From Escherichia coli (GTDB lineage: Bacteria; Pseudomonadota; Gammaproteobacteria; Enterobacterales; Enterobacteriaceae), in NCBI RefSeq assembly GCF_044324875.1, contig NZ_CP172185.1: a stretch of DNA of 64,000 nt; one strand, given 5' to 3'. Every line of letters begins with the position of its first letter. The first letter of the stretch is position 1. The position numbers and the translations under genes are program-made. The notes under the pieces are model-generated. The model was given only the letters and a program-made list of their open reading frames with translations. It made no database searches and was not told the origin of the DNA. This document shows positions 1-11,205 of this stretch, piece after piece.

Positions 1-1725
<1,725 letters not shown>

Positions 1726-1793
1726 GTCTGAATCCGGCCGACCCAAAATTTTCCCCCAAGCTTCTCCCGGTATCTTTTAAGAGTATTGATTAC

Positions 1794-3002
1794 ATGAACG
1801 ACACCGTTTTAAACGTAATCCCGGTGCCTGTACGCACTTGGGTGGCTATAGCAGCGCTCGGTATCAGTGCATTTTCGATTGTGACCAGCGAGCTTGCGCC
1901 TGTTGGCATGCTTAGTATGCTAGCAAAGGACCTGAACCAGACTGAATCGGACACGGACCTTGTCGTGACTGCATACGGCTGGGTTGGGGCTCTGGCAGCA
2001 CTTTTGTCTGGATTGATACCAGCGAGAATTTCACGTAAGTCTTTGTTAGTGACTCTTATGGTAGTGTTTGCTTTGTCTTGTGTGGCGGCGACACAGTCAT
2101 CACTCGATGACCCTATTTATGGGGGCGCGTATGACAGGCGCTTTAGCACATGGTGCTTTCTGGGCTTTGATTGGAGCAGTGGCTTCACAGCTTGTTCCGG
2201 CTGAAAAACTAGGACTGGCCACCTCAGTTATTTTTGGCGGCGTTTCGGCTGCCAGCGTTCTGGGTGTGCCACTGTCGAGTTTTATTGCGGATATGGCCGG
2301 GTGGCGGAGTGCGTTTACGGCGATTTCTCTGCTGTCACTTGCCGCCGCCTGTGCTCTATTCTGGACGCTCCCCACACTGACGGTGCCACAACCACTGAGG
2401 CTGCGTGTTTACTACGGGATATTCAAAAACCCGGTGCTCCTTTCCCTCTATGGTGCCACTGCCTGTATTATTTCGGCTCATTTTGCGGCATTCACTTACC
2501 TCCAACCACTACTGACGAAGACTCAGGAAGTACCGACGGCTTCGATTTCTGGCCTACTGCTGATGTCCGGGCTCTCCGGTCTGGCCGGAAATATCATTGC
2601 CGGAAAGCTGATCGACCGTCATATCAAAGGGCTGATTTTCGCTTCACTGCTCCTGAGCGCAGGTGCGCTCGGCATACTTGGTATGAGGAGCGCTGCACCA
2701 CTGCCTTTCTGGTTCACAGGCATACTGCTCGCAGTTTGGGGCGCGGGTATCGCCATTGTATTCGTTGGGTTGCAGACAGGTTGCTCCGTAGCGCCGGGGA
2801 TGCTGTACAACCGGCGTCAGCCATTTACGTTACAATTTTTAACGCAGCGATCGGCACCGGTGCGCTTGTGGGAGGCCAGGTATTAGCCGTAAAAGGTATT
2901 CAGGGTATGGCCTTACTTGCTGCGGGCATCATTGCATGCAGCATAGCTCTGGTCGCAATGCTGAAAAGCCCCGCGAATAAGCTCAGGCCTGAAAGGTCGT
3001 GA
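1794..3002 (+). pseudogene. MFS-type efflux transporter gene disrupted by two apparent frameshifts
   Basis: Three overlapping ORFs (1722..2204, 2068..2886, 2301..3002) in alternating frames each encode hydrophobic MFS-like segments; frame switches near 2100 and near 2815. Confidence 0.6.
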
Positions 3003-3370
3003 CGAATTCAAAAACGCATTAACCGACAGTAATTAAATGAGAGGGACGTGTCAGAAGAGGCTTCCCCTTATTTTATACGTCCAGTTCGGTAAAGAGTATT
3101 AGCCCACAGGACGAGGCTTATCCGAAACTACAACTCTGAAGGATTTAGTTAATCGCTTTAGAATTTCCAACTTCCGTTCCTCGCTCACAGCAGACCTTAA
3201 GATCTAGGAGGGAGTCCGCTCAGTGCCATGGGCGGACCTTAAGCTTCAGTAATTTGATTAGCACAATCCCTATGATAAATAGACTGGCCCCCTGAATCTC
3301 CAGACAACCAGTATCACTTAAATAAGTGATAGTCTTAATACTAGTTTTTAGACTAGTCATTGGAGAACAG

Positions 3371-3736
3371 ATGATTGATGTCTTAGGGCCGGAGAAACGC
3401 AGACGGCGTACCACACAGGAAAAGATCGCAATTGTTCAGCAGAGCTTTGAACCGGGGATGACGGTCTCCCTCGTTGCCCGGCAACATGGTGTAGCAGCCA
3501 GCCAGTTATTTCTCTGGCGTAAGCAATACCAGGAAGGAAGTCTTACTGCTGTCGCCGCCGGAGAACAGGTTGTTCCTGCCTCTGAACTTGCTGCCGCCAT
3601 GAAGCAGATTAAAGAACTCCAGCGCCTGCTCGGCAAGAAAACGATGGAAAATGAACTCCTCAAAGAAGCCGTTGAATATGGACGGGCAAAAAAGTGGATA
3701 GCGCACGCGCCCTTATTGCCCGGGGATGGGGAGTAA
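3371..3736 (+). CDS. insC: IS2 transposase OrfA (InsC)
   Basis: 121-aa product [41 protein letters not shown]... matches IS2 InsC. Confidence 0.9.
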
Positions 3737-4599
3737 GCTTAGTCAGCCGTTGTCTCCGGGTCTCACGTGCGCAACTGCATGCCATGGCCCGTCGGTCGAA
3801 GGACTGGCAGGATCGTCGGTGCAAGCGCAAGCCTGATGATACTGACGCGCTGGCCCGTATCCATACCGTTATCGGCGATCTGCCCACCTATGGTTATCGT
3901 CGGGTATGGGCACTGCTGCGCAGACAATCAGAAACTGACGACATGGCGGTGATCAATGCCAAACGCGTATACCGCATCATGCGTCAGAATGCGCTGCTGC
4001 TTGAGCGTAAACCGGAAATACCGCCATCGAAGCGGGCGCATACAGGGAAAGTGGCCGTTGGAGAAAGTAACCAGCGGTGGTGCTCTGACGGCTTCGAGTT
4101 CAGCTGTGATAACGGTGAAAAACTGCGGGTCACGTTCGCTCTGGACTGTTGCGATCGCGAGGCACTTTACTGGGCGGCCAGTAACGGTGGATATGACAGT
4201 GAAACCGTGCAGGACGTCATGCTGGGTGCCGTGGAGCGTCGTTTCGGTAACAGCCTGCCGACATCCCCAGTTGAGTGGCTGACAGACAACGGTTCAGCCT
4301 ACCGTTCTTATCAGACGCGTCAGTTCGCCAGAATGGTAGGACTGGAGCCTAAACATACGGCGGTACGTAGCCCGGAAAGCAACGGGATGGCAGAGAGCTT
4401 CGTGAAAACGATGAAGCGCGATTACATCAGCATCATGCCGAAACCCGACGGGTTAACAGCGGTAAAGAACCTTGCGGAGGCCTTCGAACATTACAACGAA
4501 TGGCATCCGCATAGTGCACTGGGGTATCGTTCGCCACGGGAATATCTGCGGCGGCGAACCAGTAATGGGTTAAGTGATAAAAAGTGTATGGAAATATAG
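3694..4599 (+). CDS. insD: IS2 transposase OrfB (InsD), DDE integrase core
   Basis: 301-aa ORF overlapping insC in a different frame (programmed frameshift arrangement); sequence matches IS2 InsD. Confidence 0.9.
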
Positions 4600-4610
4600 G
4601 GGCCAATCCA

Positions 4611-4967
4611 ATTGCACTGTTTCGAGGCTATCCGGCGACGATAAGAACTGACCAGGGGCCGGAGTTCACTTGCCGTGCACTGGATCAATGGGCCTTTGAG
4701 CATGGTGTTGAGTTGCGCTTAATCCAGCCGGGCAAGCCAACGCAGAACGGATTTATTGAGAGCTTTAACGGACGATTTCGCGATGAATGTTTGAATGAGC
4801 TCTGGTTCAGCGATATCGTTCATGCCAGGAAAATTATTAATGACTGGCGGCAGGATTATAACGAATGCCGCCCGCACTCCACGCTGAATTATCAGACACT
4901 GTCTGAATTTGCAGCGGGCTGGAGAAAGGGTCATTCTGAGAATGAAGATTCCGACGTTACTAACTGA
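4611..4967 (+). pseudogene. C-terminal remnant of an IS3-family transposase (OrfB), 5' part absent or replaced by IS2
   Basis: Frame continuing from the IS2 right end encodes ...[58 protein letters not shown]...RPHSTLNY, the conserved C-terminal part of an IS3-family DDE transposase. Confidence 0.7.
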
Positions 4968-4980
4968 GTGTTGTATCTAA

Positions 4981-5646
4981 TCGTGGGGGCAGGTCACAGC
5001 TATACGGACACGGTCAAATAGAGCACTTGCTATAACTGATCTTAAACATCCTAAATTTGATGTTAGAGTTCAGATACATAGTTCTGCCGCAAGGTATGCA
5101 GATAAGTTAGCTGCTGAAATAGTTTCAGCATATTATGATAACTCTGAGCTGGCATATGAAAGCGATTCTCCGTTTCAATTTGGTGTTATTCGAGTTCCTC
5201 GTAACGCTACTCACTTTGAGCATTCATTATATGAAAAGTACTCAGGACTTAATAAGTTCGAGGCTCCTTTTGCTGAGGCTTTAGATAGGTCTGGTTACCC
5301 TTGGCACAGAAACCTGAGCAGTGGCGGTTTTCATATCCCACTATTGACAGAGGGTGATACAAGCTCATTTTATCCAGACTTTTTAGTATGGAAGTCAGAC
5401 CTTGTCTATTGCCTTGATACCAAGGGGGGCCATCTATTGACTGCTGCCGTAGCGCGCAAGCTTTTTAATATTCATGAAGATGGTCGGAGTAAGATTCTAG
5501 TGAGATTTATCACAGAAGGAAAGCAGACAGAGCTGCGCGGCAAAGCAACAAAGGGAGGATATACTGTATGGAAAATGAAATCTGGGCATCCTACCCCAAT
5601 TTATGTGGCGGATTTAGACAAAGCTGTTAGGGAATGTCTAAAATAG
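4981..5646 (+). pseudogene. 3' fragment of a gene of unknown function with a PD-(D/E)xK-like motif; no in-frame start for its first ~120 codons
   Basis: Frame is open from the stop at 4978..4980 to 5646 but has no ATG/GTG/TTG until 5344; translation contains YPDFLVWKSDLVYCLDTKG (PD...DxK spacing typical of restriction-endonuclease-fold nucleases). Lies immediately after the IS3-family remnant. Confidence 0.4.
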
Positions 5647-5787
5647 CGAAGCCATAGCATAGAATTTTTAATGGCATTATGATCAGGACATAAAGGACTT
5701 CATGCAGGGAAAAAATATCCCAAAAGAAACTGGTCATGTCAGCACACCAAAGGATCCTCGCCGGATCCTTTGGTTTTTCTCAGCCAC

Positions 5788-5830
5788 AATCGCTTAACGT
5801 GAGTTTTCGTTCCACTGAGCGTCAGACCCC
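5788..5830. other. 43-bp segment nearly identical to the region just upstream of the ColE1/pMB1-type replication origin RNAs
   Basis: AATCGCTTAACGTGAGTTTTCGTTCCACTGAGCGTCAGACCCC differs at one position from the pBR322/pUC sequence AATCCCTTAACGTGAGTTTTCGTTCCACTGAGCGTCAGACCCC as I recall it; flanks diverge. Confidence 0.4.
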
Positions 5831-5905
5831 TATAAACACCTTAGTGAAGTCATCCTCGCAGGTAAGGCAACACATCCGTAAGGTATTTGGCCAAATCAAA
5901 TACAA

Positions 5906-6901
5906 CTAGATTGACTCGCGGGGAAGCCAGGGACTCTCAACTATCACTTTATCCCGGTGGGTGTCACCATTGATAATGTGCAGTGTACTTAAGCGCCCAA
6001 TTTCATAATGCGGTAGCTGGACCGTGGATAATGGGGGTAAAAATAAGTTTCCAATGCCTACAAGATTGTCATAGCCAAGAACGGCAATATCCTGTGGGAT
6101 TCTGATACCCTGCGTTAACAATGTTTGATACACCATAAATGCAATACGATCGTTACCACAGATGACCGAATCAAATCGCGGTTTCCCCTGTTCGATATGC
6201 GCCAGCAACATCTCCGGAATATCTCGGTAGTGCTCATCGCCGAATTGCATATAGCAGTGCTCAAGCGTATCAGGATCGATACTGGCTTCCCTGCAGGCGC
6301 GATCAAGCCCACGACGACGACGACGCGTCGCCAGATGGTTGACGGGTAAATGCAGGCATAGAGGGCGGCTGTATCCTGCTGCCAGCAGTGCCTGTACGGC
6401 CGTATACTGGCCATGTTCATCGTCAGGTATATAGCTGGCAACCGGCTCTCCCTTGTTCTCGCAGTTGGCCAGAACGCAAGGAAGCTCCAGTAACCGGGGA
6501 GGAATACTGACTTCACGCAGCCCCATGGTAGTAAAAATGATCCCCCCGGGTCGATGGGCGAGCAGCAGGTCGACAATATCGTCAGGATTATCATCGGTAA
6601 ACATATTCACCACAAAGCTGTTCCAGCCATACGCCCGCGCGGTTTCTTCAATAGACAGCGTGATTTCTACTGAAAAAGGAGTGGTGACCGTATCCAGCGC
6701 AAGCACACCAATCGTTTTGTTCCGGGTGCCAACACGACGAATCTGCTGGGCAGAAAGGTCTGGCACATAATTTAACTGCGTGATCGCCTCCTGCACCCGA
6801 GCCAGAGTCTCAGGCTTTACGCGTTTCGGGTCATTCAGCACCCGTGAAACCGTCATGAGCGATACATTGGCCAGTTTGGCCACATCCTTTAAAGACGCCA
6901 T
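5906..6901 (-). CDS. fosR: LacI/GalR-family repressor, CscR-like (FosR-like), divergent from the transporter operon
   Basis: 331 aa; N-terminal HTH MASLKDVAKLANVSLMTVSRVLN; strong similarity across its length to the E. coli sucrose repressor CscR from memory; gene symbol by recalled synteny with the fos locus. Confidence 0.75.
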   Translation of the reverse strand: MASLKDVAKLANVSLMTVSRVLNDPKRVKPETLARVQEAITQLNYVPDLSAQQIRRVGTRNKTIGVLALDTVTTPFSVEITLSIEETARAYGWNSFVVNMFTDDNPDDIVDLLLAHRPGGIIFTTMGLREVSIPPRLLELPCVLANCENKGEPVASYIPDDEHGQYTAVQALLAAGYSRPLCLHLPVNHLATRRRRRGLDRACREASIDPDTLEHCYMQFGDEHYRDIPEMLLAHIEQGKPRFDSVICGNDRIAFMVYQTLLTQGIRIPQDIAVLGYDNLVGIGNLFLPPLSTVQLPHYEIGRLSTLHIINGDTHRDKVIVESPWLPRESI

Positions 6902-7033
6902 AGTTTTCCATTATCTGAATGCATACACCCGGTAAGGTGTTGTGAGCAAATGCGAATGCCCTATTCTAGGCACGGACACCCAGGGTTATGCAGACCACTC
7001 TGATAAATTTGAGCTAGATCTCAACATTTCAAT

Positions 7034-7045
7034 GTTAACGTTAAC
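7034..7045. promoter_or_regulatory. Candidate LacI-family operator, perfect 12-bp palindrome centred on CG
   Basis: GTTAACGTTAAC is its own reverse complement; about 100 bp upstream of the transporter start, in the divergent fosR/fosT intergenic region. Confidence 0.4.
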
Positions 7046-7095
7046 TTTTGTGATTAACATCGACAAACAAATCAAAATCGAGTGTCCCCCCAAAA

Positions 7096-7109
7096 TGATA
7101 ACGTTACCA
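7096..7109. promoter_or_regulatory. Candidate LacI-family operator (TGATAACGTTACCA)
   Basis: Near-palindrome fitting the TGnAAnCGnTTnCA pattern of LacI/GalR operators; about 35 bp upstream of the transporter ATG at 7142. Confidence 0.4.
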
Positions 7110-7141
7110 TATTAGCATATCCTTCTTACGAGATTACGTAG

Positions 7142-8380
7142 ATGAAAAAACGGCCTACTCGAAGTTACATGCTGCTCAGCGCTCTGCTGTTCTTTTTCTT
7201 TGTGACCTGGTCCTCATCAAGTTCACTGCTCTCAATCTGGCTTCACCAGGAAGTGGGGCTAAAAGCATCGGAAACCGGCATTATTTTTTCAGTATTATCC
7301 GTCTCCGCGCTCTTCGCGCAGGTCTGTTATGGCTTTATTCAGGACCGACTTGGTCTGCGCAAACATTTGTTATGGTTTATCACCGCGTTGTTGATCCTCT
7401 CCGGCCCGGCTTATCTGCTTTTTAGTTATTTGCTGAGCGTTAATATTCTGCTGGGCAGCGTATTCGGGGGCTTATTTATCGGGCTGACGTTTAATGGGGG
7501 TATCGGCGTTCTGGAGTCCTATACCGAGCGCGTCGCGCGTCAAAGTACCTTTGAGTTTGGGCGGGCACGCATGTGGGGGTCTCTGGGCTGGGCAGTTGCC
7601 ACGTTTTTTGCCGGGTTACTGTTTAATATCAACCCTGACCTTAACTTCCTGGTGGCTTCATGCTCAGGGTTAATCTTCTTCTGCCTCCTGGCCCGATTAA
7701 AGGTGGCCGCGCCGGCAAGCATGGAGAAACTCGAAATTGGCGCTAAAAAAGTTTCTCTGGAAGACGCCCTGCGTCTGCTTACTCTGCCGCGCTTCTGGGC
7801 ACTGATATTCTTCGTGGTCGGAACCTGCATTTACGGCGTATACGATCAGCAATTCCCGGTCTATTTCTCATCACAGTTCCCGACATTACGCGAAGGGAAC
7901 GAGATGTTTGGCTATTTAAACTCTTTCCAGGTCTTTCTCGAGGCCGCAGGTATGTTTTGTGCGCCGTGGCTGGTTAATCGCATTGGTGCTAAAAATGGTC
8001 TGATATTCGCAGGAATGGTGATGGCGCTGCGCATGATTACTTCAGGGCTGGTGGAAGGCCCCCTGCTTATCTCCATTACCAAACTGCTTCACGCGGTCGA
8101 ACTGCCAATATTGTTAGTCGCCATATTTAAATACAACAGTCTGAATTTCGACAAACGTCTCTCCTCCACCATTTATCTGGTGGGATTTGCCTGCACCAGC
8201 TCCGTCATTGGTACCGTATTGTCCCCGCTGGCAGGCTTTAGCTATGAGAGATTTGGCTTCGCCCAATCCTATCTGATCATGGGCATCATGGTGTTCAGCA
8301 CCACGTTTATTTCCATTTTCCTTTTGCGCTCAACTAAATCCTCATCTGAGCCATCTTTTCTGCAGCAAAAAGCTGTGTAA
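7142..8380 (+). CDS. fosT: Oligosaccharide:H+ symporter, MFS (LacY/CscB-like)
   Basis: 412 aa, 12-TM hydrophobic profile, similar to CscB sucrose permease (…FQVFLEA…, …KLLHAVELP…); first gene of a tightly spaced operon. Confidence 0.8.
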   Translation: MKKRPTRSYMLLSALLFFFFVTWSSSSSLLSIWLHQEVGLKASETGIIFSVLSVSALFAQVCYGFIQDRLGLRKHLLWFITALLILSGPAYLLFSYLLSVNILLGSVFGGLFIGLTFNGGIGVLESYTERVARQSTFEFGRARMWGSLGWAVATFFAGLLFNINPDLNFLVASCSGLIFFCLLARLKVAAPASMEKLEIGAKKVSLEDALRLLTLPRFWALIFFVVGTCIYGVYDQQFPVYFSSQFPTLREGNEMFGYLNSFQVFLEAAGMFCAPWLVNRIGAKNGLIFAGMVMALRMITSGLVEGPLLISITKLLHAVELPILLVAIFKYNSLNFDKRLSSTIYLVGFACTSSVIGTVLSPLAGFSYERFGFAQSYLIMGIMVFSTTFISIFLLRSTKSSSEPSFLQQKAV

Positions 8381-8399
8381 TGTACTGAGAATAAAGACG

Positions 8400-9833
8400 A
8401 TGACATCCTTATTAGAACAGGCTGAACAGGTGCTTGAAAAAGCACAATCCGGGATTAATCCGCGCTGGTATCCGCGCTATCACCTCGCCCCTCGCGCAGG
8501 CTGGATGAATGATCCTAATGGCCTGGTATGGTTTGACGGCTGGTATCACGCCTTTTATCAACACCATCCCTACTCCCCGAAATGGGGTCCGATGCACTGG
8601 GGGCACGCCCGAAGCAAAGATCTGGTGCATTGGGAACATTTGCCCGTCGCGCTAGCGCCGGAAGGCCCGGCGGACAAAGACGGCTGTTTCTCAGGTTCCG
8701 CCGTGGTGGACGGCGATACGCTGGCGCTCATCTATACCGGACATAAATTTCACGGCCCGTCGGACACTGACGACAACCTCTACCAGGTGCAGTGTCTGGC
8801 GACCAGTCGTGACGGCATCCATTTTGAACGGCACGGCAAGGTGATTGATACACCGCCCGGACTGCATCACTTTCGCGATCCGAAGGTGTGGCGCGAAGGT
8901 GAGTTCTGGTACATGGTTGTCGGTTCCCGCGTGGAAAATACCGGTCAGGTGCGCCTGTACCGTTCCACCGATCTCCGCGAATGGCATGACGAAGGTATTT
9001 TCGCCGAGGCTGATGAAGGCAAGGGCTTTATGTGGGAATGCCCGGATTTCTTCCCCCTGGGAGAGAAGCGTGTCCTGATGTTCTCGCCGCAGGGCATGGC
9101 GGCGGAAGGGTATCACTATCGCAACCTGTTCCAGAGCGGTTATTTACTTGGGGACTGGCAGCCAGGTCAACCGTTCACCCACAGCGGACAATTTACTGAG
9201 CTGGACCACGGCCACGACTTTTATGCCCCGCAGAGTTTCCTGACCCCGGATGGCCGACGCATTGTCATCGGGTGGCTGGATATGTGGGAATCATCGATGC
9301 CCGAACAGCAGGATGGCTGGGCCGGAATGCTCTCGCTTCCTCGCGAATTAAGCCTTGTCGATGGTCGTGTGAGAATGAAACCTGCTGCCGAAGTGACCGC
9401 GCTGCGTGGCAGCTATTATCCCACGCCCGTCCGCTGTCTGAACAATCAGAACGTCCTTGTCGCGGCAAATGCCGACGCGGTCGAAGTTCAGTTGGCATGG
9501 GATTTGAGCGCATCGACGGCTGAACAGTTTGGTATCGCGTTGGGCGACGGGTTGAGAATTTACGTCGATGATCAGGCTGGGCGTCTGGTGGTGGAGCGCC
9601 GCTATCCGGAATATTCGCTGGAAGGCACTCGCAGTATTCCGCTTCCAGCAGACAGCGTTCTGTCACTGCGAATTTTTATTGACCGCTCATCGGTGGAAGT
9701 TTTTGTTAACGATGGTGACGCTTGCTTAAGCAGTCGTATTTATCCGCAGCCGGGCGAGCGTGATATTTCATTGTTTGCAAATCTGGGGAAGGCCTCATTA
9801 TACGATGCGGGATACTGGTCTTTAGATAAATAA
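8400..9833 (+). CDS. fosGH1: GH32 beta-fructofuranosidase / sucrose-6-phosphate hydrolase-like, no signal peptide (cytoplasmic)
   Basis: 477 aa with GH32 motifs WMNDPNGL, FRDPKV and WECPD; 19 bp after fosT. Confidence 0.8.
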   Translation: MTSLLEQAEQVLEKAQSGINPRWYPRYHLAPRAGWMNDPNGLVWFDGWYHAFYQHHPYSPKWGPMHWGHARSKDLVHWEHLPVALAPEGPADKDGCFSGSAVVDGDTLALIYTGHKFHGPSDTDDNLYQVQCLATSRDGIHFERHGKVIDTPPGLHHFRDPKVWREGEFWYMVVGSRVENTGQVRLYRSTDLREWHDEGIFAEADEGKGFMWECPDFFPLGEKRVLMFSPQGMAAEGYHYRNLFQSGYLLGDWQPGQPFTHSGQFTELDHGHDFYAPQSFLTPDGRRIVIGWLDMWESSMPEQQDGWAGMLSLPRELSLVDGRVRMKPAAEVTALRGSYYPTPVRCLNNQNVLVAANADAVEVQLAWDLSASTAEQFGIALGDGLRIYVDDQAGRLVVERRYPEYSLEGTRSIPLPADSVLSLRIFIDRSSVEVFVNDGDACLSSRIYPQPGERDISLFANLGKASLYDAGYWSLDK

Positions 9834-9925
9834 TTCTCCGTTCCGACCTGTTTCTTGCAGGGTGAGTTTTTATTTCTGCCAGTCTCTGGCTGGCATGTTA
9901 TTGTCTGGAATAATGAGAGAGCAAA

Positions 9926-11191
9926 ATGGATGAAAGCGTAATACCTCAAAATTGCATTACCTCGAAAGATAAAAATATATTTGTTCCAGGAAAACAGATG
10001 CTGGCATTAATGGTGACATTAGCAGCATTTCCTGCCATTGCTGAAGACGTTACAGGAAACTATCAAAGCTATTTTCAGGATGAATCAGACACCAACGGTA
10101 CGAGTGTTTCATTAGCCAATCAAGGCAATGAAAAATCATCCCTTAGCGCTTCATCTTCTCCGGTTGCTGCAGGTCAAAAACCTGAACTCACGACCTCGTC
10201 AAAGCCAGTGACGTTATCGGCACCAATGGAGAATAAGAAAACTGCAGTAGAAAAACGTCCTAAAGGGGATAACCCTAAAGATGTCAGTCTGTTGCGTTTA
10301 AGGCAGGAAGATCCGCCGGTTCACTGGAACAGTATTGGTCGTAACATGGAAGTGGGTAGCTTGCATGGGAACATTGGATCTCAGATAGAAATTGACGATG
10401 TTCGCTGGAGCAATAATAAGAAAAACAGCGGCAAGTTTAAACTCGCCACCATTCAGGCTTTTTTAAGGCACGATGAATTGCCTAACTGGTATTTCGGTTT
10501 CTGGAATGCCAGAGAAGACAGTTATAAAGGACAGTTCAGTAATCAGGACTATAAAGGCACCAATACCATCAATGAATTTTTTGTGGGCCATATTTTCGAA
10601 ACCTGGCGGGGTAATATCGGTACGGAAGTCATGGTCGGCTCCGAAACGGCAACTAAACGCTGGAAAAACCGGTTCAAAGTCTGGCAGGACCTGCGACTGT
10701 CCAACAAATGGAGCCTGGCCGGATACGCGTATGGCGAGTATCAGCCTCAGGGGAACGAACCGGGGAATGGCGATCTGGAGCAGTACATTTTCGAAATTGA
10801 GCCAGCCATTCAATACCGCGTGAATCCGGATCTCGGACTCTATTTGCGGCCCTATTATTACCATAACCGCCAGGAGCGTCAGAGCTGGGGCGACATTGTA
10901 GAAGAAGAATGGAAAGTCACGGCCGGGCTCTGGCGAAACTGGTATCCATTATTAACCTCCCTGTATGTTGGATTTGGCCAGGACAAAATAGATAACGCCA
11001 GCAATGCCAGCGAAGTTTTCTATGACGGCCGTTATAAGTTTATCGGTGGAACGCTGAGTTATCCGGTATTTGGTGAGGTGCGATTATATGGTGAATTCAA
11101 GGCACAATTTACGAAAGAAACCGGACTTTGGACATCAACCGGTCACTCATGGAATCCGTTTACCGTGGTTGGCGTGAATTATAACTTCTGA
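9926..11191 (+). CDS. fosX: Predicted outer-membrane beta-barrel protein (putative oligosaccharide channel); start probably internal near 9995
   Basis: Signal-peptide-like MLALMVTLAAFPAIA, Ser/Thr-rich linker, alternating-hydrophobic beta-strand pattern, C-terminal ...VGVNYNF with terminal Phe; paralogous to the ORF at 12712..13725. Confidence 0.6.
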   Translation: MDESVIPQNCITSKDKNIFVPGKQMLALMVTLAAFPAIAEDVTGNYQSYFQDESDTNGTSVSLANQGNEKSSLSASSSPVAAGQKPELTTSSKPVTLSAPMENKKTAVEKRPKGDNPKDVSLLRLRQEDPPVHWNSIGRNMEVGSLHGNIGSQIEIDDVRWSNNKKNSGKFKLATIQAFLRHDELPNWYFGFWNAREDSYKGQFSNQDYKGTNTINEFFVGHIFETWRGNIGTEVMVGSETATKRWKNRFKVWQDLRLSNKWSLAGYAYGEYQPQGNEPGNGDLEQYIFEIEPAIQYRVNPDLGLYLRPYYYHNRQERQSWGDIVEEEWKVTAGLWRNWYPLLTSLYVGFGQDKIDNASNASEVFYDGRYKFIGGTLSYPVFGEVRLYGEFKAQFTKETGLWTSTGHSWNPFTVVGVNYNF

Positions 11192-11205
11192 TATTCAGGT
11201 GTAGC

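Larger units (their letters stand above)
3280..4610 (+). mobile_element. IS2 (IS3 family), complete 1331-bp copy
   Basis: Left end TAGACTGGCCCCCTGAATCTCCAGACAACC and right end GGAAATATAGGGGCCAATCCA match the IS2 termini as I recall them; encodes InsC and InsD; length 1331 bp. Confidence 0.9.

Noticed and set aside
6115-6770. ORFs of 74-159 aa overlapping the LacI-family repressor gene
   Set aside because: Alternative or antisense frames of a gene with clear homology; no motif support.
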